This document shows positions 35,946 to 50,900 of a stretch of DNA of 64,000 nucleotides, piece after piece. Source of the stretch: Phoronis australis (taxonomy: Eukaryota; Animalia; Phoronida); assembly GCA_002633005.1 (NCBI GenBank), contig NMRA01000299.1:310001-374000 (forward strand). Reading direction: 5' to 3'. Position 1 is the first letter of the stretch. Every line of letters starts with the position of its first letter. The notes below the pieces were generated by a model. That model was not told the DNA's origin. It searched no databases and worked only from the letters and a program-made list of their open reading frames with translations. The position numbers and the translations under genes were made by a program.

Positions 35946-38900
35946 GTAGGAAATTGCTGTATCGCTTTAAATAGAGTATGTGTAATATGGAGTACCCTTT
36001 CAGATATGCTGTCTAGCGAGCAACCGGAGCTGATGAGAGCTCTCAAGGGTCCCACCGTCCAGGGCCAGTGTCAGTGCACAGGGGTCCTTATGACCATCGC
36101 CTCTGTTGGCCCGAACCAGAGGCGATGCAGCTCCTATAGGCGCTCTGTACGCCGGAAGCTTTTCGGCGAATTATGCCTCGCACCGACTAAATCATCAAAG
36201 TCACGTTGTTGTAAATACCTTTTGCGCATACACCTTAGGAGGTTGTCGATGTGTTTAATTCCTTCCAACTCGAACTAATACTCCCGTTATCAAACCTTTT
36301 CTTCAAGCAGTCCCTATTTCATTTCCCAAACTCATGAACTCAACATTTTCACTCGGCGCACGCCAAAAGATTCTTTTAACCAGGCCAAAGGTCAGAAGTT
36401 GCGGTCCTACCGGCGAACTTTGAAAGCTGAAGTTCCCGCCCTTTGCGTAAGTGCTGCCGGGAACCTGCCATGCATTTGCCGTGTTGTTAAACATTAAAAT
36501 GTCAAATATGTGCACAAAGACTATTAAATGTCATATCAACAGCATTTATTTTTATCAAATACAAACAATAATTCATTGAAATACAATCAGTTTCAAGTAA
36601 CGCCAATTAAAGACAAGTATAAATGGTGGCATTTTGGAAACGAACATTCGACTGACAAGACCGCAATGGCTCACCTTTAGCCTATTTAAAGATTGAGGTA
36701 ATGAAGTCACATCACCTAGCGAGCGCAGTAAAAATTGGAGCGTGTGCAGTATAAATATGGTGAGTTCACGATTTTGGGAACTGAAATAGGGACTGCTCGA
36801 AGAAAAAGTTTGATAACGGGAGTATTTGTTCGAGTTGGAAGGAATTAAACACATCGACAACCTCCTAAGGTGTTCCTCTATGCGCAAAAGGTATTTATAA
36901 CAATGTGACTTTGATGATTTAGTCAGTGCGAGGCATAATTCGCCGAAAAGCTTCCGGCGTACAGAGCGCCTATAGGAGCTGCATCGCCTCTGGTTCGGGC
37001 CAACAGAGGCGATTGTCATTGCCTAAGGGGTCCTCAGCTTCTGATCGTCCCCGATACAGTATATAATACTACAAGGTATGACACTCCGTACTAGAAATTC
37101 CATGGGTGTGGTGTTTCACTTCAGCTGTCCATAGCCAACACAGAACTATAAATTTACACAAAACAGGAGTTCAACAAACCATCAAGAATTGTTCTTTCTC
37201 TCAATAGGGAATACCATTTACCGTTTATATTCTTTATTTTTTTACGAAATTATGTAAAAAGGCAGATATATTACGCATAATCGTCGCCTTTCAACGGCCA
37301 TTTTCTCAGTAACCGCTCACCCAATTTTTCTGATTTTTGCACCATTTCATTTCTCGCACCAAAGGCTTTTCAAAAATGTATGACACATGGGTATTGCAAA
37401 AAAATAAATAAAAAACGTCCTCCCTACTCATGGTTTGTTGAACCTCTGTTTTGTGTAAATTTATTGAGTTTTGTCTTTGCTATGGACGGCTGAAGTGAAA
37501 CACCCATGAAATTTCTAGTTCGGAGTGTCATACCTTGAAGTAATATTTTGTGTATTGGGGACGATCAGAAGCTGAGGACGCCTGTGTGTCAGTGACACCA
37601 TGATTTCTCACTCAAGGCCTAGCTCAACTCAAGTGCTGCCCAACAGCCACAACACTCAGGTTCCTCCCTAGACAGCTCCACTGTCTGAACTGGGCCAGCT
37701 CAGCTGACATGGCAGTAGTTATCCCTATAGGGTTGCCTCTCAATGGGATTATGCCTCAAATTGATTAAACCATCAAAGTCATGTTGCTACTTTGCAATTA
37801 CATCGCCCTGAATGCCACAAAGCGAGTGTTGAGAGCACGTTTGGTCTCACCGATGTATGTGTGAGAAGAAAGTTGGTCACACTAGATGTGATAAGTCCCA
37901 CAAGAGTGGTGGCATCCTTGGGTTTAACCAGTTGACCGTGGACATTGTTGATGGGTTTGAAATAAGTTGACTGCATGCTGTTTAAAAGTGCGACACAGGT
38001 TTTCAGACAAACCACAAATGTATGGGATTCCAGCGGTTATCCTGGGTCTATCATCACTATTACTGGTAGGGTTCCAGGTGATCAGTGCAATGGGTCCACC
38101 TGAGTGGCCGACGAACGTCTGGTACAACGTGTACCGGACTGACTGCAATTATTATTTATTAACATACATGTTTATGTTGCACATTGGGTCCATGGTAAAC
38201 AAATTTATCTTTAATGCGATCTAACAAAAATAACTATCATTAAATTAAAAGTCAATAATGATTTTATGTTGGAACAAATTTAACCAAGTGGATCTGCTTT
38301 CCTATGATTTCTTTTTGGTGGATTTTATGATTTAAAACTTGTTTTATGTGGAGAATTAAAAAATGTTTTTGTTGCTAATGGTGGAAATGTTTTCTAGGCT
38401 CATCTCATTCTGAAGACCTCAAACTCCAAGATATTGCGGGGGGCTTTGGGTACAGTGGCAGTGGACGTTTGCAGTCAGCTGTAAGGAATAGGTTCATACA
38501 ATGGTAAGCTTGACATCACTAGATTTGGTTCATTTTTCCGGCTGTCTTGTGTACCAGCGGTGCAATTTCAGGACTGTTGTTTGGATCCCAAGAAATTGAA
38601 ACGATTTTGGAAGATGGAACCAGTGGGCCTTAAAAACATGTCGTGAATATGACTTTTGTGTGATGGTCACGTTCCTGCTCAATAGTGTTTTCGGGCAAAT
38701 CACAATCAAGGTCCATATTCGGTGGCCACTTTTGCTGAAAAATGAAGGTTTTCGTATAACTGTAAAAGCTGGGTTATTTTAAAGTACCATCATTGCAGGT
38801 TTGTAATCTAAAATATCTTTGCACAAGAACCACTGAATAAAATTTTATGGCCTAATTCATCACAGTTGTATAAAAGGGTACGTACACTACAACTTGGGGT

Positions 38901-41900
38901 CACAGCCCATTTCTACAATGCAAAAATTCATAAGGTAGCTGTTAATTTAATAAGTTCTTGGTCAAATTGAAGAAGTAGCACATACTAAAGTAATAAAAGT
39001 TATTACCGTGCTGATCAAGTTGTTCTAAATGATGATACATTGCATATCTTAACACAGTATAATGAGAACTTCTTCTCTTGCATTATTATTCTTACAAAAA
39101 GAAAATGACTAACTACTTTTTCAAAAACTTTATTGGTGCTATTTGCCTAGTTTTCAATACATTAACCACTTAAAGCAATACTATTACCAGTTTTCCACTG
39201 GTAAACAGTTAAAAATGGTACTGGTTGAGGGTGGGGGTACGTACACTACGCATAGTCAATCAACATCAAATTTTAACTAAGTTACAAGTGTATGGGATGG
39301 TCTCGAGTTTTGTGCTGCCTCTACTTGTTGCAAGTTGTCTTGAGAGATAGAGAACCTGCCTGTGCAACATCAGTTGTCCCATGACATGTCTTCTAGGATG
39401 TTAAGTACCAGCCAAGTCCTGTGTGGCATTTTTTGCCCACAAATTTGATAATGCCCATTGTTTTTTTGTCAGACTGGATTCATTTTGGAAATAGAGTATT
39501 GTTCATGAGAACAGCAGTTCTGGCAGTATGTAAAAATACTTGTGGGCAATACTTTATAGCACAGAGGTTGAAGGTACGTACACTGCACAGGGGTACGTAC
39601 ACTACATTTCAATGACTTGTCAGATTTATAAAAAAAAATACTTAGAATCTACTGAGTTATTTCATTTATCAAATCTATTTAAAGAGAGCAAATAATAAGT
39701 ACTCCATACATGTGCATATCTGTCTATCATTACTTGAAAACAGGCACATGATATATTGTAGGGGTACGTACACTACACAAATGCTAATATTTCACTCGAA
39801 ACAAATGTATTTGTAATTAACATCCTTTTAACCGAGCATTTTTAAAGGAGGAAACTGTCTGTGACAAGTGTTGCTTACTTACCGTGTAATATTTTTGTTT
39901 CATAATATTTGTTCACATCAGGGTTCGTACACTACACAGGGGTACGTACACTACATTTCAATGACATGTCCAGTTTGTAACTAAATACTAAGATCCTACT
40001 GAGAGTTAGTTGATTTTCTCAATCAATTCAAAGAGAAAAAAATAAAAAACAGCATTCATGTGCATATCTGCCATACTTTGAAAATAGGCACAAATTAAAA
40101 TATAGGGGTACGCACACTACACAAAATTAAGTGCTAATATTTCACATCCTTTTAACCTGACATTTTTAAGGAAGGAAACTGTCTATGACCAGTGTTGCTC
40201 ACTGACCAAGTGATATTTTAATTTCATGGCATTTGTAAACATGGGGTTACGTACACTACAAAAGGGGTACGTACACTACATCACTGTTTCTGCAGCACGT
40301 GGTAACATAATGCTGTATGGCCATTTATTTTTCTTTGATGATAATAAGCACCATGTTATTTAAAAGGCAATAATTTCATTTGCAAAGACCGTTTGTGTTA
40401 CTGAATTCCACATGGGGGTACGTACACTACATTTTGTTAGCCTTTTTGGCCCATTTTCAACATATCAGAACCCAGTCAATATCCAAACTTATGGTTTGTT
40501 TAGATATTGAATAATTTGCTGTGTTGCTTAGGCTAACATATTCTGCAGTTCTTTTGTTACAGAGTGTGAATTTTAGGTTTTAACCTTCTTTACAGTAGGT
40601 GAGGGTTAGAAACACAGAATTTACAAGTTTTGTAACGAGTGCCTGGTTTATTATGCGCCCACATATTTATATGTGGACGCATTATGCCGTCATCTCCGTC
40701 CGTCCGTCCGTCCGGGCGGCGTCCGGCGTCTGGCGTCCGGCGTCCGCTGCTCTATCTCCAAAACCCTTTGACATACGTTCATGAAATTTGGCACATATGT
40801 TCTATTCAAGAATGGGACGGCATGTGCGAACTTTCGGACGGATCCGACTACCGGTGTGCCCTCTAGTGGCAATTTTAGTTTTTTACGCTTACCTTTGTAT
40901 CTTCAAAAGTCCTGAACGGATTTTCATGAAATTTGGTATGTAGGCACCTATTAGTGAGATGACGCTATCCTGCCGTTTTCAGATGGATTCGACATAGTTT
41001 GCGCCACCTAGTGGCCATTTTTAGTGTTTTCGAGTCTGTTTTTGTGCGTCCACCCCTCTATCAACCAAACCGCTCAAAGGATGATTGTGAAAATTGGCGT
41101 GTATGTGCTTACTATAAGGAAGACAGCTGACAATGATTTTCAGACGATTTGGACTACTGTGGCGCCTCCTAGTGGCAGTTTTGTTTTTTTGCGCCCATGG
41201 CTGTATCTCCCAAACCGTTTGCAGGATCTTTACTAAATTTAGCAAGTGTATTTATGTGATGTTGACAACGGACGATGACGACTTTAGGATGATTCTGATT
41301 ACCGGTATGCCTCTAGTGGCAATTTTAGTATTTGCCTCTAGTGGCAATTTTAGTATTTTACATTGACCTCTGTATTTTCATAGGTCTTCAGGTGTATACT
41401 TTGTGTTACTTCGTGACTGTGAAGGAAAAGTTCCAAGTAGAAATTTGTTTCTGGCATTCTAATGCTGTGCTAATCTCGTATGTTGGTAAATTTGTTTTTA
41501 ATTTTATGTTTCTGTGGTGCTTTAAGCAACTGGTGTATAGGATGTGCTTGTATTATGAAGATTACTCACATTTTGCCCCTAGCCTATTGAGGAGACAATG
41601 ACCATGCCTTTCCATTTTGCAAAGTATGCCCTCTACTGGCCACTTTATGGTACCAATAAACAACCCTAGAAGGATACCGTATGCGGTGCAATTGTGGGCG
41701 CATTTCAACGCTCCGCGTTGCTCTTGTGATGAACCCTACCATTTCTTAATCATGGTTAAGCACAACTTCATCTAAGTGATTCTGAAAGTGACTCAAGTTA
41801 TTCCCAGTCATCTAAGCAATTGCTTACTTGATAAAAAATATATTTTTTTGCTGTTGACAATTGAAAATTGTAATTTTTAAAATGACCACTCGTAATGCTA

Positions 41901-44900
41901 AAAATGCTTGAAATTCATACAAAAAAACATGGATAAATTTCTTAAACATTGTCCGATTTTGATGATTCTTTTTTTAATTTGCACAACTAAATAACTCTTT
42001 GCATATGAGATTCAGTTTGCATTTAGTAAGTGATCAAAAAAATTATTTGAGACCGTAACACAGTCAACTCTCGAATATGGACCTTGATTGTGATTTAGCC
42101 GTTTGCCATTTCAGGCGTACATCTGCCTGCACATTAGAGTTAGTGGAAGAGTCGCTGGATCAAGATCTTCATGGCAGCCATGTTCGGTTCCACTTCCCAC
42201 ATCAAAGCATACTGCCGGGCCTTTCCATCCATGAAGCTCACCGGGAGGTTGTCATTCTTGTTATCACTGTGTCCACTGTGCACCGCCTCATATTTCCTCA
42301 TCCTTCGAGACTTGAAAAAAATGTACGTATCTGCTTTGAAATATTGAAATTAGGCCTCTGTTGATTGAAACTGCTATATAAACCCACCTTCTGTTAAAAA
42401 TATCTGTAATGTGGACTATTTCCCAACCGATGACTTATTGCTCGGGATCAGGCTTGATAACTTTGCTAGATCTGGCTGGTCATTTAATGTTCCAATCATG
42501 GCTGCAAGCAGTAAGATTCTGTTTGATCTTCCAAAGCCCCAAGCCGAGTTTTTAGACTTCTTGGAAGATAACTGGCAATCATAAAGCAGCTGAACCCAGC
42601 TGTTATTAGGTTGTTGTCAAATCAAGTTTGAAAGAACACTAAAAGATGACAGCTCTCTAGATGACTTGTAAACAAATCGTGTGAACATGGGATAATGGAG
42701 AATCGATCTTTGGCGCGTTTCATTGGCTTATATTTTGAGCCACTTTTGCAAATTTCCAAAGAAAGATTTGCACCTTGGCATAATAAATGATAAAATGCCA
42801 CAAAATAGTGATGTTTCTAATTCTTACACGATCAAAGCCTATTTATTTAGCATGTAAGAGGTCCTGACTAATCAATTATAACAGCCATGACGAATTTGCT
42901 CAGCTGCACTGGTTGTGCGCAAGGTCCTGACAGATGACAGTGACTTGGAAATGCCATTAAGTAACGGCCTGTTTCAATGTGCGTCTTGTATTATCACCAA
43001 ACATGAGAATGACAACCCTATTAGTAGCCAAACGACGGCCCCGATTTATCTTTTAGCTGAGTAGTTTTGAGTCGTGGAAAAATTCTCAAGCCTTTGTTTC
43101 TGCAGGCACATGTGTAGGAGTCATCTGCCACTCGCATGTCGCAGCCAGTGTAGCATGGACTACAGTGATTCAAGTGTGTGAATTTATGAATGTGCACCAC
43201 CCCAAAGCCAGACACCAAAAGAGAACAGTGACAGTCCTAAATAAAAGTATACTGGCTTGGTTCTGTTAAGCGCCCCCCGGCTGTTGTAAAATACCCAGTG
43301 CTTTATGATGTTCACCGAGGTTGTTGTGCCCCAGAACCCGACACTCTCCTGCTCCATTGTTTACCTGTTCTCTTTGTCCGATGTTCCATGACTGTAGCCA
43401 GCTTTTGGAACTAGATTCCAAATTGTAGTTAGCAAACATTTCATTCTTCTCTTTGTATACCAACCAATTTTGTGACCTGTAGTTTGGGATTAGTGGTTGC
43501 CGTAAGTAAGAGCATTATCCGAACATTTTCTCGATGACCTAAAAATCATTTTTGGCGCTTAAAAATGCGAAATTTTTGTGACCTGGAATTTATGAATCTG
43601 AGCTGGATTTTGAAAATGCGACCCGGGATTTTGGCTAGGTCGCAAATTGCAACCTGGCAATTTTCATATTGTCGAGCACTGAATTATAATTGTACTTCAG
43701 TCTCCTTGAAGGAATCCGTATTTATAACAGCTAATTATCGGCACAGTATTGTGTGTGTGTGAATGATTTCACAGTTATGGCGCAGAGACTTTTAGACTTG
43801 AAATTCTTGTTGAATCATGTGTTGTGACCACAGATGATGTGAAACGATGAAATATTTACTAATATGGTAGTTAGGCCTTGGTCATCATACTTTCAGTTTG
43901 GTATAACTGCCTGCTTGGAATGTGGTAACTATTATGCACTCAATTGCCGACTAGTTTGCTCACACATTGCGTCTGATCATGTGATCAACTGACAGCTCAT
44001 AACAAGTTATACTCCAACGAAGCTATATTGCGAGGAAAGAAAATCAACAATAATTTGACATGGTAGAAATCAATAGCAGATGGAGTCACAGCCAAGTAGG
44101 GCTAAGTTAGGCTCACCTCATGATGCAGTCAAGGCTGTGCCCCAATTATGTTTATCTTGAATTGTATTATGTGCAGTTGCCTTAAAGAGACATCGTTTTT
44201 TCAGAAACATGTATTTTTGGGATTGTTGTGGGTGGTGGGATGGGATAGAGTTCTGGGAGTTATTAGCTTTGACCAGGCTATAAAGAAACAAAATTGGGTT
44301 TGTAGAATTCAATTTTTGTCTGTACCAATCTGCGATTGATTTGGTCAGATGACCATGTCTTTTAGTATGATTTATCAAAAAGTGAATTCATAACAAAATA
44401 ATGTTATCTATAAAATTTCTTACTTTCCCTTGATATAATTGGTTGAGAGAAAATTTTCTAAATTATTTCATTTTCGCTTCATCCAACTTTTGACCTTAAC
44501 ATAAAAGTTATGTCCATAATTTCTTTTTCATAGGTGTCCATTTTTGCCGATGCGTCCGTGGCTACTGTTCGCCATCCGTCGAATTCACACTCAATCCACT
44601 CCACGAGCACTCCACAATTCTCTGTTCACACTGCCACCTCTTGGCTAACCATGGAGGGCGAGGCGCTCTTTGCAGTGGCGACGCACACTGGCAGCATCTT
44701 GTTGATCAAGCTGCCGTCCCATGACATCCAGGGGATCGTGACTCAACATGAGTTAAAACAGTCCTCTGTCATGCAGCGACTGTGGACAGGCTTGGTCCCT
44801 GCTATGATCAGGTAAGATGTAATGTGTTTTCTTCTCTTATTGTTTCATTTCATGTCCTCCATCTCCCCCTTGTCTTCTATCTTCTTCTTCATGCACTAGT

Positions 44901-47900
44901 TGATTTTGGTGACCTTGGACCTTATTCCCTTTTATTTCAACTATAACATGGAATTTATTTAGTATTCACGTAGCCTTCCTCCTAAACTTAATACATGTTG
45001 ATACTGCACACTATCAAGTTCCAACTCAATTGAGCTAATGAATGGTGAGAATAGGCACCTAACAGATTCAGATTCACTTTGCAGTGACCCCTACTGGTAG
45101 ACACAGTTTAGAACTCATGCATGTACTTATCTGGTCATACTATCAGTCAAACACTTAGTGATTCTTCACGTATTTTGCACATAATGTGACTGAGAAATTC
45201 TGTGTTGTCAAAATTCGACACAAAAATATAGACTTACTTAGACAATTTTAGTCTATTACTAGTATAGTTTGTACTGCATAGTAACGTTTCCGGTATTCTT
45301 AGCAAAGTTGTCAGCCTTTGAAATGTGGAAAATGACAATTTTGCCAATTATTTTTTAACGAGAATTACTGATGTTTTTGGTAAGATGCAAAGCAAATCTT
45401 GTGAGCATGATTTGTGAACCCTGCAGTATTTTTTTACTTTTTAGTATTCATCAAACTGAGGTTAGTAATTACAATTACACCACTCTTAATTAATTTATGT
45501 CTAGGTTTGGTATTATATTGGTACCAAAGCAATAAATGTCAGCAATGGTGATCTTGGGATGTGGTTTGAACATCTGGACTTGTGCAGATGACCATGTTAG
45601 CCCCTTGGCTTGTCTGGTACCTTGTGAAGGAACTGAACTTCTAATAACTTAATGGAACATGGCAGTGTTGATGGATACACATTATTTGGTTTATTGTCGC
45701 CGTGCTCCTTTACCCACATTCAAGCTTGTAATCATTTTTCAGGGGAGGTCAGGAGTCCACTGATATGGCCACCAGCTTGTGCATTCACCCAGTCAACAAC
45801 GACTATGTGATATTTGCAGTATGCAGAGATCACAAGTTACGAGTCTGGTCATGCAAGGTGATTTTTTAGTTTCTTCACTTCAAGCATCATAAATCAGGTT
45901 CTCTTCACTAGGGTATTTGCTTTTTCAAAAGCAACGTGATGTTTTAATCCTTTGTTTGAACGGAAATTGGTTTATATAATAAATTGCCTGTAAATTGCTC
46001 TGACAGCCCTGCTGTTTCAGCAGCTGCATGACATTTTACTTGGATGTGTCTGAAGCAGTAATGAACTCTCAGTTCTTCTTACGTGAAGAAATTCTTTCTA
46101 GTCAGTTTATGTATGTGCTATAGTCCTGCCCTTTCTGTGAATAAGAACTTCTGATTGAAGCTATCATCTTGTTGCCAACTCAGATAACAAATAATTGTTA
46201 ATCTTGAGAAATACTGACTGTTTGATCATGACTTCATCAGACACTAATCATTACAGTTTGCTTGTCACGGCAGGCTAGTTCAACTGTGGAAGCTGTGTAG
46301 CTGTCAGGGAATTCTTGGGGTGTTGCTGCTAATTTCAGCCCAAATGGTATAAGAATGTGACAAGTTGGTTTTGTAGAGCATAAACGCCTGTGACTTTAGG
46401 GCTCTGTTTCATCAAAGTGACTGGAGACTGAAGACAGAAATGTGGTCTTGTGATCCCATTTTACAATTACTGATAAAAGGTTTTGCTGTGTGATTATGAG
46501 CGCATCAGAGTGTAGAAATGATCAATTTCTGAAGCCTACAAGTTTGTGTATATTCTCAGAGACTTTGGACGTTTGCACAAGTGAGATTTAATTGTTTTTC
46601 AGAACTAGCTGTGTGGAGCTTAATACCAAATTACTCACTTAAGTCATAACACTTCATTAAATAGGTCCTCAAACATGTTTATAAAGACTTTAAAATGTGA
46701 CCCACTTATTGAACTGCGAGAATTCTCAAAATGATGTTGTAAAATAGTTGTCCTTGTGTTATCCAGCAATATTATCTTCCGATGAAGTTGTCATTGCTAA
46801 TCCTGTCATTAGCCCTCATTCACTCAACCATCCGTGTTTGCCTCGAGTATGCTGTTGACTTCCTGGGGTCTGTTTCATGGAAAGTGACTTAAAGGTTAAT
46901 GCCACCCAATTTAATTAGTTTTTTTACTGTTTTAATTGGTCTATATCCACGTCACCTCGTATACGGTCGATCTTACCTCGCCGAGAGGTGTCGCGTTAAC
47001 CTGTGAGGAAGGTGAGAAACGATGCAGCGACGTCAGTGGTTCTTTTGCTGAGTGAGTGCCACTGTGGTGTGGTGTATCGGGGTCGCTTGTGCGAACTATG
47101 AAGCTGCGAGAAAAGCGAGTATATCGTTTTTTGGATTTCACCAAGAGCCCATAATGCTTTGGAAGTGGCTCATGGTAGTTAAGAATGAAAAGTACGTCGT
47201 TAATTCCAAATATGAAGCTGTGAAACTTCTCTGCGTCTGTCACTGGCCGGCATTTTGCTAGAGGTGATTTCACTGACGATCGAATGCCGGCTTATCAAAC
47301 AGCTCATGCCAGGCCAGAAAAACGGACTGAGGCTGATGTCAGATGTTGTGCTTAGTGTGTTTGTGTCCGACATGCAGCAGACAAAGAAACGCTGTTTGGT
47401 TGTTGATTAGTTTTTAGTTATGGAGAATTGTAGTTCGCCATGAAAACATAAGCAATTACAATTAATTCAAGTCGTGAGAACATAAAGTTTTTACATAACC
47501 TGTTTGATAACTAACTCGTTCGTCAGGCTTCTGTTTGGTCTCCTGGGTGTAGGATGTTTTCGCCAGTTCTTTTTCTCAGCGGCCTAAAAATGTTTATGTA
47601 CACCTCTGTTTAGACGCAGTGTGAAATCAGGTTGGTCCGTGAGACACATCTGCTCTTCTCCAAGAAGGCGTTTCACTTGCGGAATTTCGTTTCAGCAAAT
47701 GCAAGTGTCAGTCGTTTCCATTATCGTGACACCATGACAAGTCATTCAAACGGTTTTCAGAACTATCTTTGTGTTCTGTTGTCTGTGCATGTTCACGGAG
47801 CCTCTCTAGTATTTCTTGATCAGTGTATTCCGGTTCGAAATGATAGCCTGTGAAGTCTTCGTTGAATGAGCGTCAGGATTGCGAGTTGGCACGTTGATGT

Positions 47901-50900
47901 TTATTATTGTGTGTTCTGTTTAAAAATGAATTATTCTCACCCTAATCATTGCAACTTGTAATGCCTTGGAGTGTTGAGTGCAAATGTTTTGAGAAGCCAG
48001 CAATGAATAAATCACTGTGTTACTGGCTTTAGATGGAATAAACTAATTGACCGGGCACTGAGGCCGTGTGAGCGCATGCTAATTCAGTGTTTGCTGACAG
48101 AAAGCTGTGGTGAAACAATAACCGATTTTATATGTTATGGTCAAATTCAGGGAATCTTTATTTAGGTGTTCATATACGTCATTCGAATCATTGTCGCTGT
48201 ACAACTTATGCCATGATGGTTCTGTGGAAGGGTAACCCAACTTGCGGCCCATGATGAGCTAGTAAATGGATTTGCAGTTTCGTTGCTAATTCACCAAAAT
48301 AATCACATGCACATTGTTTCTTTTTGTTGCTGGAAGTTTAGTTTCCATCTGTGGCTGGTTTATGTTCGTGATGTCTTCAGTCCGGCCACGTTGGGCCTGA
48401 TCGGGTTTCAAGCCACTGGCCGGGATAGCAAGAAATGTTAATTTCACAGAAAAGAAGCCAACATAAAAGTTGTCCAGAATTTCATGGAGATTTTCACCAT
48501 ATGTAAATCTTCATCATAGCATTAGTGAAACTAAACTGATCCACTGTCATCCTCTCACACCTGGCTCCAGCCATCACTTACATAAACCTGCCAATATCTC
48601 CCAAACCAGTAATCACTGCCATATGGTTTAAATAAGAGAAATGTAGAGGAAATTGTGAACTATGGAATGCGCATGCTCACATATCTAAACTACACTCCAG
48701 GGCTTTTACAATTTCTGAATGAAAATCACAAGTGTCCTGGGGTGAGTGCACTCTTCTAACGCAGCCCAGCTGCTGCTTATCATAGTGGATTGAGTACACC
48801 CAACACATTGTAATAGGATAATTGTCATGTCAGCTGACCTCGCCTAGCGCAGGATAAGGGTTAAGTCACTTTTCATGAAACAGAGCCCAGATGGCTATGG
48901 TTCATTGTCTTCTGTGTTTAATTAAGCAATTAGTAGTTCACTTCGTATTGAGTCACGTTGCACACAGTTTGCTTTGATCAAATACTGCCCGTGAAACTAC
49001 ACAAGATAGAATGTGAGCAAAACATCTTTATTGTCACTTAACTTTCCAGAGACTGGAATGCCTCATTTCTTGGGACCTTCTCAACTACATCCCAGACAGT
49101 GTTGACCCAACAAGAACCTTTGCCGGGGTTCAAAGTCACATGATCAAGAAGTCACCCTTGTCAAAAGAGGGCGTTGTCACTTTGGGTGTTTACCTGACAT
49201 TCGGTGATTCTTCACAGTTCCTGGTCCTACAGCCAGCATTTGTTGATGGGCAGTACCATTTGAGTCATGTGTCTACAATGTTTGGACGGAATGTAAGTGC
49301 CAAATTGCAGCATCCCATTTTATTTTAGTTTTTTATCCGCCCGCTTGGTTGCACATTGTTGTCATCTTGTCCATGCTCAATTTATCAAAAACTCTTTCAC
49401 ATCTTGATTAAGTTTGGCACAAGTGTATAGAGCATCAATAGAAGAGTGCATGCCACTTTTGGATGTTTTTGGGAAGAGATTTGCGAATAAGTAGAGAACC
49501 GATGGACGGATTTCAATAAAACTTGATACAAAGTTATGCGTTGAAAATGCATTGGTGCCACTTAACTTTCAGGTTAGTTCGACCTCTGCAGCACCCAATA
49601 ATTGCTGTTTTGGTCTTGACTAGGATCTTTTGCAGCTGTATTTTTGGTGTAGAGCTTTTTCAGATGATGTCTAAGAACTGAGTGACAGATTTCAATGATA
49701 CTTTGACACAGAGGTATATGGATAACAATGTGGCGGCACCAGTTTTGACTGTTACAGCACCTCTTTGGCCTTTTGGTCTTGTCCAGTTTTTTGAACGATA
49801 TCTCATAAACCCTGGTTGGATCTAGGTGAAATTTGACACAAGAGTTAAGGCGCATTCCACTTTCAGTATGTCCTGACCACCCCCCAGGACCAGAGGGTTG
49901 GGGATTTTTTAATTAAGCAAAAACATCAAATTTTCAAGACTCGCAACGTTGTCTGCTTTTTTTCAACTTCAGCAAATCAACGTTATCAGAACTTAGGAAC
50001 ACGAGTTCTCAAAATTGTGGATTTCATTGAAACTTTCCAATTTTAATATTTATTTATCAATCTAAAAAATGCTGTTAGGATTTTTCTTTTAAAGTCCTAG
50101 TTGTATTGAACTGTGCAATTCCTAACAGCGTTTTTGAGAAATGTCGGCAGGTTTTCATTTAATGTACAAGGTCTCATTAAAATCGACTATTAGGGTATTT
50201 GTCTTATGAATGTACCTTTGTTAAAAAGGAAAATTTGGCTTTAAATGGTGGCCACAGTATAATAAAAATGACATGAAAGTATGAAGTGAACTTTTATAAT
50301 CCCTAATCTTCTTTCAGAAAATATATTGGTTGACACATTTGAGTTTTTCTAGCAATTGATTTTGAAATAACTTTCCTTAATAAGGTCCTATATAATCTTA
50401 ACTTGACCTGCACTTGATTCTTGTAGGATACTTTAGTTGACTTCTGTTTGACACCTGCTCACCTCTGGACCTTATGGTCAGGTACGGAGAGTGAACCAAT
50501 TGTGCAATACGCTAGCCTCGGGGGTGAGTCTGTGTCTACAAACATTTGGGCTGATGTGTTTCTGGAGTCATCCCTACCCAGTGAGATCGTCATTTCTGAC
50601 TTTATGGATCCGAGAGAGGCGTACACTCTTCGCATCTTCCACCCGGGCCAGTTTTCTCTGCAGGCTATTGCCAAAGCACTAAATGTAAGTCCACTCATAC
50701 ATACTGATTGCCTTTGGAAGGTTTCAAATAGTTTGAGGTAATGGGCTACTTTTATTACCAATGATCAAATTTTTAAAATAACATTTAAGTATTAATAGTA
50801 GACCTATAAATTATATGTTTTGAAATTCTTTGACAATCACAGAATCTTTTATACACGAAAGATGTTTGTAGTCATGTTATTGGGATTTTTCCCAAAAGTT

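Noticed and set aside
34002-37019. Longest ORFs in the track (34002-34523, 35892-36278, 36573-37019)
   Set aside because: They run through foldback MITE arms and show no protein motifs; chance open frames.
38870-40432. CRISPR-like array
   Set aside because: Eukaryotic intron, 16-bp motif, spacing from a few bp to ~360 bp, spacers partly duplicated, no cas genes.
43483-43501. Possible NUP160 micro-exon (tag|TTTGGGATTAGTGGTTGCC|gtaagt)
   Set aside because: 19 nt would break the frame. Exons 3 and 4 already join in phase 0.
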